This document shows, one piece after another, positions 1-8,096 of a stretch of 17,664 nucleotides of DNA. Below the pieces are notes generated by a model, which saw nothing but the letters and a program-made list of their open reading frames with translations, was not told the DNA's origin and did not search any database. Every line of letters begins with the position of its first letter. Position 1 is the stretch's first letter. Position numbers and translations under genes: made by a program. The DNA comes from Candidatus Krumholzibacteriia bacterium (GTDB lineage Bacteria; Krumholzibacteriota; Krumholzibacteriia; LZORAL124-64-63). The stretch covers positions 1 through 17,664 of the forward strand of contig JAWOID010000040.1 in assembly GCA_046484865.1 (NCBI GenBank), written 5' to 3'.

Positions 1-140
1 CGCCTCAGATCGTGGTCGCGGCGGAAGAAGCCGATCTTCTTGAAGCGCCAATCTCCTGCCAACTCGCTGTGGTAGAGGCAGTTCTCGTTGGGGCAGAAGG
101 GCGGGCGCCAGCCTGGGCGGTCGCAATCGTTGGTTTCCAT
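1..140 (-). CDS. Partial CDS (N-terminus only, runs off window): Cys/His Zn-ribbon protein, possibly IS1/IS1595-like transposase
   Basis: Not in the ORF track. Manual translation from ATG at 140 gives METNDCDRPGWRPPFCPNENCLYHSELAGDWRFKKIGFFRRDHDLR..., open to the window edge. The PPFCPNxxCxxH...FKKxGF pattern resembles InsA-like N-terminal zinc ribbons. Confidence 0.5.
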   Translation of the reverse strand, partial: METNDCDRPGWRPPFCPNENCLYHSELAGDWRFKKIGFFRRDHDLR

Positions 141-151
141 GCCCCCGGTCA

Positions 152-167
152 GGCAAGCGGCGGGCCA
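152..167 (-). promoter_or_regulatory. Putative sigma54 -24/-12 promoter
   Basis: Minus strand TGGCCCGCCGCTTGCC fits TGGCACG-N4-TTGC with exact GG-N10-GC spacing. The predicted start site lies about 1 nt before the ATG at 140. Confidence 0.45.
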
Positions 168-198
168 GACACATTCTCGCTGGCAGAACCAAAATCGT

Positions 199-227
199 TC
201 GCCAACATCCTTCCGGTCCCCTAGACT
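199..227 (+). promoter_or_regulatory. Possible sigma70 promoter for the lipid kinase gene
   Basis: TCGCCA(199-204)-N17-TAGACT(222-227). Confidence 0.3.
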
Positions 228-278
228 CGCGCCGGTGCCGCCGTCCGCGCCGTCTGCGCACGGCGCGCGCCCGATGCC

Positions 279-1241
279 ATGACCGAGTTCCACAGAGCAT
301 TGCTGGTGGTCAACCTCGTCGCCGGGCAGGGGCGTGGCCGCTTCACGCATGGGCGTGTGCGCCGTGGTCTCGAGGCGCATGGCATCGCTTGTACGGAGCG
401 GTTCACCAGCCCCACGGAGCGCGGCAACGCCTGGGCCCGCCGGGCGGGCGACGAGGGCTTCGACCTGATCGTGGTCATCGGCGGCGACGGCACCTTGCAG
501 GAGGTGGTGGCGGGGCAGGCCCGCGCCGAGCGCAAGGTGACCATCGCGTTCGTCCCGTCGGGCACCGCCAACGTGGTCGGGATCGCCCTCAGCCTGCCCT
601 GGCTGCCGGGGGCGGCGGTGGAGACGATCCTCGCCGGTCGGGTCCGCGAGTTCGATGTGGGCTACCTGCCCGAGGTGGACCGGCACTTCATCCTCATGGC
701 GGCCATCGGGTACCCCGCCCGCATCATCGAGGGTTCGACGCGGCGCCTGAAGAACATCCTGGGCGTGTTCGCCTACGCGTGGTCGGGCGCGCGCAGCCTC
801 TTCACCCCCCGCCACGCGCGCGTGACCATCACCCTCGACGGAGACGTGCACAGCTTCGTGGCGCACACGATCCTGGTGACGAACATCGGGGCGATCGCCG
901 ACCTCGGCCTGCGGGTCAGCCCGGAGACGAGCCCCCATGACGGCCGCTTCGACCTGTCGGTGATCTCGAACCGCACCCTCTGGGATCTGGTACCGGTACT
1001 GCTGCGGATGTTCACCTGGCGGCGTCCGGCGCGGCGCTTGCGGTACCTGGACGCGCGGTCGGTCCGTATCGACGCGGATCCCCCGCTGCCGGTGCAGATC
1101 GACGGCGAGAGTCTCGGCGCCACCCCGTTCGCCGCCGACGTGCTGCCGGGAGCGGTGCGGCTCGTGGTGGGATCGCGCTACCTGCGGCGGACCTCCAGTC
1201 GGCCCGACGCGGTCGACCGTCACCAGACCGGCAGGGTCTAG
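279..1241 (+). CDS. Diacylglycerol kinase family lipid kinase (YegS/Rv2252/BmrU-like)
   Basis: Motifs VVNLVAG, VIGGDGT (ATP-binding), PSGTAN, FDVG, DGRFD and QIDGE; 320 aa is typical. Confidence 0.92.
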   Translation: MTEFHRALLVVNLVAGQGRGRFTHGRVRRGLEAHGIACTERFTSPTERGNAWARRAGDEGFDLIVVIGGDGTLQEVVAGQARAERKVTIAFVPSGTANVVGIALSLPWLPGAAVETILAGRVREFDVGYLPEVDRHFILMAAIGYPARIIEGSTRRLKNILGVFAYAWSGARSLFTPRHARVTITLDGDVHSFVAHTILVTNIGAIADLGLRVSPETSPHDGRFDLSVISNRTLWDLVPVLLRMFTWRRPARRLRYLDARSVRIDADPPLPVQIDGESLGATPFAADVLPGAVRLVVGSRYLRRTSSRPDAVDRHQTGRV

Positions 1242-1443
1242 GCCGGCTCGACGGGGGTCCCGTCAGGACACCGGGGTCCTGGAAGCGATTTCGCCGCCAC
1301 AGCGCGAGTCACAGTCTCGACGCCGCGTTCCCGACCTGTCAAGATGCTCCACACGGCCAGCGCCGGGACGCTGGCGGCAGCCGGGTCTCGGCGCATCGAC
1401 GGCCCGCGACCTTCACTCCAGTTGCCGGGAGGAGCCTCGAGCC

Positions 1444-1752
1444 ATGGTCCTGCTCGAATTTTCCATGTATCCCACCGACAAGGGCGAGAGCGTCAGCGAC
1501 TACGTGAAGCGGAGTCTCGAGATCATCGACGACAGCGGTCTGCCTTACAAGCTGGGCCCGATGGGGACCTGCGTGGAGGGAGAGATCGGTGAGGTGCTGG
1601 ATCTCATGCGGCGGTGCTTCGAGCGGATGAGCGAGGACAGCAACCGCATCGCCTGCGTGATGAAGTTCGACTACCGCAAGGGCTACAGCGCACGACTGAC
1701 CAGCAAGGTGGAGACCGTCAAGCGCAAGACCGGCCGCGACCTCTCCACCTGA
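1444..1752 (+). CDS. MTH1187/YkoF-like thiamine-binding protein (DUF77)
   Basis: 102 aa, LEFSMYPTDKGESVSDYV...SGLPYKLGPMGTCVEG...RLTSKVETV; SD GGGAGGAG upstream. Confidence 0.92.
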   Translation: MVLLEFSMYPTDKGESVSDYVKRSLEIIDDSGLPYKLGPMGTCVEGEIGEVLDLMRRCFERMSEDSNRIACVMKFDYRKGYSARLTSKVETVKRKTGRDLST

Positions 1753-1771
1753 TGCGAGCACGGTGGCCGGC

Positions 1772-2758
1772 ATGCGCGTTCAACTGACGCCGCCCGGCTG
1801 GGCGACCCATCTGCTCAGCGACCTCACGGACTGGCAGCGAGCGCCCGTCGCCGTGCGTGAGATGCGGCCGTTGACGCTGCCGGACGACGTCTACTTCGAG
1901 TACGCGTACCTCGATGCCGAGGGGCGGCGCCGGCCGGATCCCGCCAACCACCGGCCGCGCCTCAATCCCTGGTGGGAGTACGCCTGCAACCTCGTGGGGC
2001 CCGACTACCGGCCGCATCCGCTGGCCACCCTGCAGCGGGGGCCGCTCGAGGGGACGCTACGGCGCCTGGCGCTCGCCTCCCGCGTCCTGGGCCAGGAGCG
2101 TTCGCTGCACGTCTACTCGCCGCCGGGCTGCGCGGAAACCGCGCTCCCGCACGTGGTGTTCCAGGACGGCAAGGCGTACCTGGGGTGGGCCCTGGTGCCC
2201 CAGGTGTACGAGCGCCTGCTCGCCGGGGGTGCGGTGCGCCGGGCACACCTGGTGATGATCCCCCCGACCGACCGCACCCGCGAGTACGCCTTCAACGCGT
2301 ACTACCGTCGCTTCCTGGTGGCGGAGGCGCTGCCGTGCGCCGAGGCGGCCGCTCCCTGCAACGGCGAGCGGACTGCGTGGGGAGCGAGCCTGGGGGGGCT
2401 ACTCAGCGCCATGCTCGCCTGGGAGCATCCGGACCTCTTCCAGACGGTGGTGACCCAGTCGGGGGCGTACCTGTTCGGTCCCGACCAGGACCTGCGCGAT
2501 CCGTTCCACGGCAGCGAATGGCTCGTGCGCGAGGCCGAACGGACGCCGGCGCCGGTGCGGCGCTGGCACCTCGACTGCGGCACCCTGGAGTGGCTGCGGC
2601 CGAGCAACTCGCGGATGGCGGCGGCGCTGGACCGGCACGGGTGCCTGGTGGAACTGGTGCTGCGTCCGGCCGGGCACAACTGGATGAACTGGCGCAACGG
2701 CCTGGCGGCGGCCTTCCGGTTCGCGCTGGGCGGAACGGCTGCTAGGTTGGGTGTATGA
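1772..2758 (+). CDS. Alpha/beta-hydrolase esterase (Fes/enterochelin esterase-like, PF00756 type) with N-terminal CBM48/early-set-like domain
   Basis: Nucleophile elbow GASLGG, VYSPPG, VFQDG, DCGTLE and GHNWMNWR (catalytic His). N-terminal SDLTDW...YFEYAY...DPAN segment. An alternative in-frame GTG start is at 1763. Confidence 0.85.
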   Translation: MRVQLTPPGWATHLLSDLTDWQRAPVAVREMRPLTLPDDVYFEYAYLDAEGRRRPDPANHRPRLNPWWEYACNLVGPDYRPHPLATLQRGPLEGTLRRLALASRVLGQERSLHVYSPPGCAETALPHVVFQDGKAYLGWALVPQVYERLLAGGAVRRAHLVMIPPTDRTREYAFNAYYRRFLVAEALPCAEAAAPCNGERTAWGASLGGLLSAMLAWEHPDLFQTVVTQSGAYLFGPDQDLRDPFHGSEWLVREAERTPAPVRRWHLDCGTLEWLRPSNSRMAAALDRHGCLVELVLRPAGHNWMNWRNGLAAAFRFALGGTAARLGV

Positions 2759-5505
2759 GCATCCGCGATCGCATCCTCTCGGCACTGGCCCTGGGACCCC
2801 AGGAACTGCGTCCCCTGCTGCTGCTGACCGGCACGAACTTCCTGACGATGCTCAGCTACGTCGTGGCCAAGTCGGTGCGCGACGCCGTGCTGCTGGCGCG
2901 AGTGGACCTGCAGAATCTGCCCTACATCTACATCGCGGTGGCCGTGGTGTTGATCCTGCTGTTCAACGCCTACGCCTGGCTTCGCGCCCGGGTCGCGCTC
3001 ACGCGTCTGCTGGTGGGGACCTACCTCGCGATCGCCGCGGTGCTGGCCGGATTCTACCTGGCCCTCGGCGCCGGGCTCGCCTGGGCGCCGCTGGTCTTCT
3101 ACGTATGGGTGAACGTCTACGGCGCCCTCGTGTTCACCCAGTTCTGGCTGTGCTTCCACGCCTTGACCAGCCGGCGCGGGTCGCGGCGACTGATCACGAT
3201 GGTGGCGGCCGGTGCACTGGTGGGGCAGGTGGTGGGCGGACAGCTCGTGCGCCTGGTCGCCGGCGGTCCCCTGGGCGGCCGGCCGGAAGCACTGATCGGC
3301 ATCGTCGTCGTGGTGCTCCTGGGTTCCATGGCCACGATGCTGGCGGCGATCGAGGCCTGGTCGCCCGCGGCCGTCATGATGACGTCGCCCGGGTCACGCC
3401 TGCGGCGCACCGATGCCCAGGCGGCGCGGGCGAGGCCGCGGTCGCCGCTGCAGGAGATCGTCCGGTCGCGTTACCTGCGGTCCATGGCGCTCTTCATCCT
3501 CGTGGGGATGGTGGCGAGCACGGTCCTCGACTTCCTGTTCAAGGTCACCGTCCAGCAGGCGGTCCCGCCGGAGCGCCTGGCCGGGTTCTTCGGTTCCTTC
3601 TACGCCCTCGTGGGCGTCGCCGCGCTGGTGGTGCAGTTCGTCGGAACGCCCATCCTGCTGCAGCGCTTCGGGCTGGGCGCGGCGCTACTCGTGCTGCCGC
3701 TGCTGCTGCTGGCCGCCGGCGGCGCCGCGGTGGTCTACACCGTGCTGACCACCGTGGTGGTGGCCAAGGGGCTGGACGCCGGGTTGCGCAACAGCGTGCT
3801 GAAGTCCGGAGCCGAGTTGCTCTACCTGCCGCTGAATCCCAGCCGGCGCCGGCACGTCAAGCCCACCCTGGATGCGGTGAGCGAGCGGCTGGGCGATGCC
3901 GTGGGCGGGGTGCTCATCCTGGTGGCGCTGCAGCTGGGTTGGGGGACGCAGCGGCTGGGCTGGCTGCTGCTCGGGTTGATCGGCATCTGGCTCGTCTGGG
4001 GCTGGCGCGCGCAGCTCTTCTACGTGCGAGCGCTGCGCACGCGTCTGCGGCCGTCTGTCGGGCAGGAGTTGCCCGGGCGGGCCGAGCTCGAGGACCTGGG
4101 CGGCCTCGAGCCGCTGCTCAGGCTGCTGAACAGCCCCGACAGCGCTCGCGTGATCGAGGCTCTCGACCTCTTCGCCGCCTACGGCAAGCAGGACGTGATC
4201 CCTGCGGTCCTGCTGGCCCACCGCGACCCGGAGGTGCGCCTGCACACCCTGCGCGTGCTGCGCGCGAGCGGGCGGCGCGACGGCTTCGGGTTCCTCGACC
4301 CGTTGCTGAGCGACCCTGATCGGCGGGTCCGCCACCTGGCCCTGACCACGCTTGCCGACGCCGATCCGGGCTTCGCCTTGCGCCGACTGGCGCTGTTCGA
4401 GGACGACCCCGATCCGGGGGCGCGAGCCAGCCACGCCTACGCGCTGCTGAAGCTGGGTACAGGGCCGGAGCGCGGGCGCGCCCTGCAGATGCTGGACGAA
4501 CTCAGGCGGGGTCGCCCCGCGGAGCGGCTGGCGGTGGCCCGGACGCTGGGACGCTCCAGCGAGCGGCTACCGCTCGAATGGCTCGAGGAACTGCTGCGCG
4601 ATACGTCGGTCGAGGTGCGTGCCGCGGCCGCCGAGGCGGCGGCCCGGCACCAGACCCTGGAACTGGTGGAACCCCTCTGCGATCTCCTCTACGCCCGGCG
4701 CACGGCCGAGCCGGCGCGGCGCGCGCTGGTGGCGATCGGCGACGAGGCTGTGCCCCGGTTGCTGGAGATCTTCCGTTCGCGAGCGGCAGCCTGGCTGCGG
4801 CTGCAGGTGGTGGTGCTGCTGCGCGACATCGGCACGGCGAAGGCCGCCGAGGCCCTGCTGGAATGCCTCGACACTGCCGAGGAATGGCTGGCGAACGACG
4901 TGCTGGGCGCTCTGGGCGACCTGGTGAGCGGCCCCCGGCAGCATCCCGTGCCGCGTCCGCGCATCCGGGCGCTTCTCGCCACCGAGGTGGACAGGGTCCG
5001 GTTCTTCCTCGGCCGGCAGGAGATGGTCACCACCGCTCGCGGCAGCGACGGTGCCCGAGCGCGTCTGCTCGGCGACCTGCTGCGCGAGCGAGCCGCCGCG
5101 GCTCTCGAGCGATCCTTCCGTCTGCTGGAGCTGCTCTATCCCAGTCGCGAGATCCTCACCGCCTTCGAGCGACATCGCGACGGCGACGCGGAAACCCGCA
5201 CCACGGCCGCCGCGTTCCTGAACGCCGTGCTGCCGCAGCCACACCGGCATCTGCTGCTGGAGTTCCTGGAGGAACTGCCGCTGCAACAGCGACTGCAACG
5301 CGCCGGGGTCTCGCTGCCGGACTCCATCCCGGTGGTGCTGCGGAGCCTGGTCAGCCGGCCGGACCCGCTGCTGCAGGCCGCGACCCTGGCCGCGGCCGCC
5401 GACCTGGGCGCGTTGGCAGAACTGGCCCGGTTCGTTCGGGTCGATCCCGAGGCGCCGCTCATCGTGCAGGAGGCCGCCGCCCTGGTGCGCCTCGCGGAGG
5501 TGTGA
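2755..5505 (+). CDS. NTT/TLC (Npt1/Npt2-like) MFS nucleotide-transporter domain fused to HEAT repeats
   Basis: N-terminal ~430 aa has ~12 hydrophobic segments with KSVRDAVLL, FYVWVNVY, QFW, ELLYLPL and KPTLD..SERLGDAVGG. The C-terminal part has HEAT repeats (DPEVRLH, DPDRRVRHLA, DPDPGAR, DTSVEVRAAAA). ATGA overlap with the esterase stop. Confidence 0.85.
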   Translation: MSIRDRILSALALGPQELRPLLLLTGTNFLTMLSYVVAKSVRDAVLLARVDLQNLPYIYIAVAVVLILLFNAYAWLRARVALTRLLVGTYLAIAAVLAGFYLALGAGLAWAPLVFYVWVNVYGALVFTQFWLCFHALTSRRGSRRLITMVAAGALVGQVVGGQLVRLVAGGPLGGRPEALIGIVVVVLLGSMATMLAAIEAWSPAAVMMTSPGSRLRRTDAQAARARPRSPLQEIVRSRYLRSMALFILVGMVASTVLDFLFKVTVQQAVPPERLAGFFGSFYALVGVAALVVQFVGTPILLQRFGLGAALLVLPLLLLAAGGAAVVYTVLTTVVVAKGLDAGLRNSVLKSGAELLYLPLNPSRRRHVKPTLDAVSERLGDAVGGVLILVALQLGWGTQRLGWLLLGLIGIWLVWGWRAQLFYVRALRTRLRPSVGQELPGRAELEDLGGLEPLLRLLNSPDSARVIEALDLFAAYGKQDVIPAVLLAHRDPEVRLHTLRVLRASGRRDGFGFLDPLLSDPDRRVRHLALTTLADADPGFALRRLALFEDDPDPGARASHAYALLKLGTGPERGRALQMLDELRRGRPAERLAVARTLGRSSERLPLEWLEELLRDTSVEVRAAAAEAAARHQTLELVEPLCDLLYARRTAEPARRALVAIGDEAVPRLLEIFRSRAAAWLRLQVVVLLRDIGTAKAAEALLECLDTAEEWLANDVLGALGDLVSGPRQHPVPRPRIRALLATEVDRVRFFLGRQEMVTTARGSDGARARLLGDLLRERAAAALERSFRLLELLYPSREILTAFERHRDGDAETRTTAAAFLNAVLPQPHRHLLLEFLEELPLQQRLQRAGVSLPDSIPVVLRSLVSRPDPLLQAATLAAAADLGALAELARFVRVDPEAPLIVQEAAALVRLAEV

Positions 5506-5506
5506 G

Positions 5507-6697
5507 ATGGCCGACGGCCCGGTGGCGCGGCTCACGGTGATCGAGAAGATCATCCTGCTCAGGGGCGTCGACTTCTTCGCCGGCCTGACGGTGCAAGATG
5601 TGGCGCGTCTGGCCGAGATCGCCCGCGAGGCGCGATTCGAGCCCGGCGACCGGCTTTACCGCGAGGGGCAGCGCGCCGAGGAGGTGTTCGTCCTGGCCGA
5701 GGGGCGGGTCAGCGTCCAATTCCAGGGCGTGGAACTGCTGACCATGATCGCCGGGCAAGCCTTCGGCGGACCGGCCATTCTCGACGATAGCGAACACGAG
5801 AGTTCCGCGGTGGCACGGGACCGTTGCCACGTGCTGATGCTCGATCGCGAGGAACTGCTCGACCTGATGGACCGGTACCCGACCGTGAAGACGAACGTCC
5901 TGCGGTTCATGATCCGCAACCTGCGCGCGCTGCGCCGCCGCATGGTGGGTCTGGAGTTGCGGCTGCGCGATCTCGAGACGGCGGCCGGCTCCTGCCTCTC
6001 GCCGGTGCAGCGTGCCCGCGAGCGCGGCTACGACCGCCTGCTGCGCTTCGCCGCCCGCCACAACGATGTGCCGGCCGGCGAGATGGTCCTCACCGAGACC
6101 GTCGAGGAGCGCGGCGACCGGTCCGTGCTGCGGCGCACCCTGGACGCGGCGATCGACGTGCAGAGCGAGTTCTTCGGTTACACGCACCGGCTGGAGGCGA
6201 GTGCCTGGAGCGAGGAGGGCGAGCTGATCGCGTGCGAGGCGTCCGTCCGCGAGAACATGGCGAGTGTCCGGGTGGAAGGCGAGCGCCGCGGTGACCTCTT
6301 CCGCCTGCGGGTCACGCACGAGGACCGGTGCGAGGAGCGGATGCTGGCGGCAGGAGACTGGCAGCGCACCGACCTGGACGCCTGGCTGCTGCCGCCCATC
6401 GGTCTGCCCGAGCTGGAGCCCGGCGATCGCCAGCCGGTGGTCCTGCTCCACGTGAACGAGGGACAGGTCCGCGAGGGCGTCCTGCGCTACGTCGGGGTCG
6501 AGTCGCTGGTCTGGCGAGGCGAGAAAGTGCCGGTGCAACACGTCTGCTACGAGGTGGACGGCGGCCACCGCGACGTGTGGTTCCACGCCGCGCGCGGGGT
6601 CCCCTTGAGACTGAGCATCTCCGACGGGCGCCGGGTCACGGCCGAACTCGAGGAACTGGTGGGCTTTCCGGACGTGCCGGTCGGCGAAGCGCCTTGA
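5507..6697 (+). CDS. Cyclic-nucleotide-binding domain protein with coiled-coil linker and uncharacterised beta-rich C-terminal domain
   Basis: LTVIEKIILLRGVDFFAGL...FEPGDRLYREGQRAEEVFVLAEGRVSV...GQAFGG...SSAVA is a cNMP-binding fold. No CRP-type HTH was recognised. SD GGAGG; starts 1 nt after the upstream stop. Confidence 0.8.
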   Translation: MADGPVARLTVIEKIILLRGVDFFAGLTVQDVARLAEIAREARFEPGDRLYREGQRAEEVFVLAEGRVSVQFQGVELLTMIAGQAFGGPAILDDSEHESSAVARDRCHVLMLDREELLDLMDRYPTVKTNVLRFMIRNLRALRRRMVGLELRLRDLETAAGSCLSPVQRARERGYDRLLRFAARHNDVPAGEMVLTETVEERGDRSVLRRTLDAAIDVQSEFFGYTHRLEASAWSEEGELIACEASVRENMASVRVEGERRGDLFRLRVTHEDRCEERMLAAGDWQRTDLDAWLLPPIGLPELEPGDRQPVVLLHVNEGQVREGVLRYVGVESLVWRGEKVPVQHVCYEVDGGHRDVWFHAARGVPLRLSISDGRRVTAELEELVGFPDVPVGEAP

Positions 6698-6722
6698 AAA
6701 CCCGCCGTCCGGGTCGCACAAT
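6694..6722 (+). promoter_or_regulatory. Putative sigma70 promoter for the DUF4920/PepSY pair
   Basis: TTGAAA(6694-6699)-N17-CACAAT(6717-6722). Confidence 0.45.
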
Positions 6723-6789
6723 GGGGGCCGAGATCGCCGATCCGGTGCGGAGAGGGCGCGACCGAGCGCGGCCGGCGCACCGAGCCAAA

Positions 6790-6825
6790 GCGGACAACGC
6801 GGACAACGCGGACAATGCGGACGAG
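6790..6825 (+). repeat. 9-bp tandem repeat, about 4 copies
   Basis: GCGGACAAC GCGGACAAC GCGGACAAT GCGGACGAG; the last copy runs into the SD GAGGAG. Confidence 0.85.
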
Positions 6826-6834
6826 GAGACGAGC

Positions 6835-7332
6835 ATGCGCACCATCACTCTGGCGGCCCTTGCCGCCGCACTGACCATCCTGGCCTCGGCCGCCGCTGCG
6901 ACCGACCAGGCACCCGCCGGCAAGATCTACGGCAAGGGCGTATCGTCCGCCGATACGGTCATGATCAGTCACCTGCTCGCCCATCCCGGCGACTATCTCG
7001 GCAAGACGGTCCGTGTCGAGGGACCGGTGGTCGGCTGCTGCAAGAAGCGCGGCTGCTGGATCGAGCTCGCATCCGATCAGGAGTTCCAGAAGATCATGCT
7101 CAAGGTGGAGGACGGCGAGATCGTCTTCCCCATGGAGGTGGTCGGCGAGACGGCCGTCGTGGAGGGCGTGCTCCAGGGCATCCCCATGACCTACGAGGAC
7201 GCGTGCGCCTACCTCGAGCACGAGGCCACCTGTCAGGGCGAGACCTTCGACAAGGCGACCGTCCCCGCCGAGGGGATCACGTTCTACCAGATCAAGGGAA
7301 CCGGCGCGGTAGTGCGCCCCGGCGTCCAGTGA
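6835..7332 (+). CDS. DUF4920-domain secreted protein
   Basis: True start is ATG 6835 (SD GAGGAG at 6823-6828). Signal peptide MRTITLAALAAALTILASAAAA, then GKTVRVEG.V...CKKRGCWIEL...KVEDGEIVFP...AVVEG...YQIKGTGAV. The 6328 start in the ORF track is an over-extension. Confidence 0.8.
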   Translation: MRTITLAALAAALTILASAAAATDQAPAGKIYGKGVSSADTVMISHLLAHPGDYLGKTVRVEGPVVGCCKKRGCWIELASDQEFQKIMLKVEDGEIVFPMEVVGETAVVEGVLQGIPMTYEDACAYLEHEATCQGETFDKATVPAEGITFYQIKGTGAVVRPGVQ

Positions 7333-7976
7333 CCAGGGTTGCAGGCGGCGGCAGAGTGGTCCCCGGGGATCGCCGCGCCGCCGTCCGGCCGTGCAGTCAG
7401 CGGCCGGACGGGACCAGCGGCGGCGTCTCGAGGTTCCGCCGGGTGTGCCGGTGGCTCCACCGCGAGCTGGGTTTCCTGGCCGTGGGCCTCACCCTCGCGT
7501 ACGCCGTCAGCGGCGTGGCCGTCAACCACGTCGACTCCTGGAACCCCAGCTACATCCTCGCGACGGAGACCAGCTGGATCGATCCCGTCGGCCTCGGCAG
7601 CACCGAGGACGTGACTGCCGCGGTGCTGGCGCAGCTCGATCCCGGCGCGCCCGTGAAGAACGTCTGGCGCGCCACGCCGGAGCAGCTGCGCATCATCGTC
7701 GAGAACGCCACCTGGCACGTGCGCCTGGACACCGGCGAGGTGGTCTGGGAGGGGTTCCGGGACCGCCCGCTGCTCCGCGACCTCAACTTCCTGCACCTGA
7801 ACCACGGCAAGGGGATCTGGACCTGGATCGCGGACGGCTATGCCGTGGTGCTGCTGATCCTCGCACTCACCGGTATCTTCCTCGTGCGCGGGCGCAGGGG
7901 GCTGGCCGGACGCGGCGGCGCACTGATGGCCGCCGGTTTCCTCCTGCCGATCGTCTATCTGGTGCTCGTCCGCTAG
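7329..7976 (+). CDS. PepSY-associated TM helix domain protein
   Basis: RWLHRELGFLAVGLTLAYAVSGVAVNH...LNFLHLNHGKGIWTWIAD...LALTGIF. Start inferred at GTG 7329 (GTGA overlap with the DUF4920 stop); exact start uncertain. Confidence 0.82.
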   Translation: MTRVAGGGRVVPGDRRAAVRPCSQRPDGTSGGVSRFRRVCRWLHRELGFLAVGLTLAYAVSGVAVNHVDSWNPSYILATETSWIDPVGLGSTEDVTAAVLAQLDPGAPVKNVWRATPEQLRIIVENATWHVRLDTGEVVWEGFRDRPLLRDLNFLHLNHGKGIWTWIADGYAVVLLILALTGIFLVRGRRGLAGRGGALMAAGFLLPIVYLVLVR

Positions 7977-8013
7977 CCCCGGCGAGGTCGTCTGGCTCGA
8001 GACGGTGATCGGC

Positions 8014-8042
8014 TTGACTCGCTCCGGGGCGCCTCCTACCTT
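8014..8042 (+). promoter_or_regulatory. Putative sigma70 promoter of the lysine-catabolism operon
   Basis: TTGACT(8014-8019)-N17-TACCTT(8037-8042). Confidence 0.6.
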
Positions 8043-8043
8043 C

Positions 8044-8096
8044 GTGCCCACTCGCGCTCTGTGGCCAGAACGTCCAGCGAGAGTGGTATTTAGCAC
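8044..8096 (+). promoter_or_regulatory. Structured 5' leader (stem-loop) of the LKR gene
   Basis: CCACTCGCGCT(8048-8058) pairs with AGCGAGAGTGG(8076-8086) with one mismatch. Inner CTG-TGGC-CAG hairpin; outer GTGC/GCAC extension. Confidence 0.45.

Noticed and set aside
1242..1443. TPP riboswitch upstream of the thiamine-binding protein gene
   Set aside because: The conserved CTGAGA and ACCTGA...GCGnAGG core motifs are absent.
6790..6825. CRISPR-like array
   Set aside because: The units are 9 bp and contiguous, with no spacers and no cas genes.
6328..6834. N-terminal extensions given by the ORF track for DUF4920 (also 7203-7328 for PepSY-TM and 13447-13545 for the OmpA-family gene)
   Set aside because: They overlap upstream genes or precede clear SD plus signal-peptide starts.
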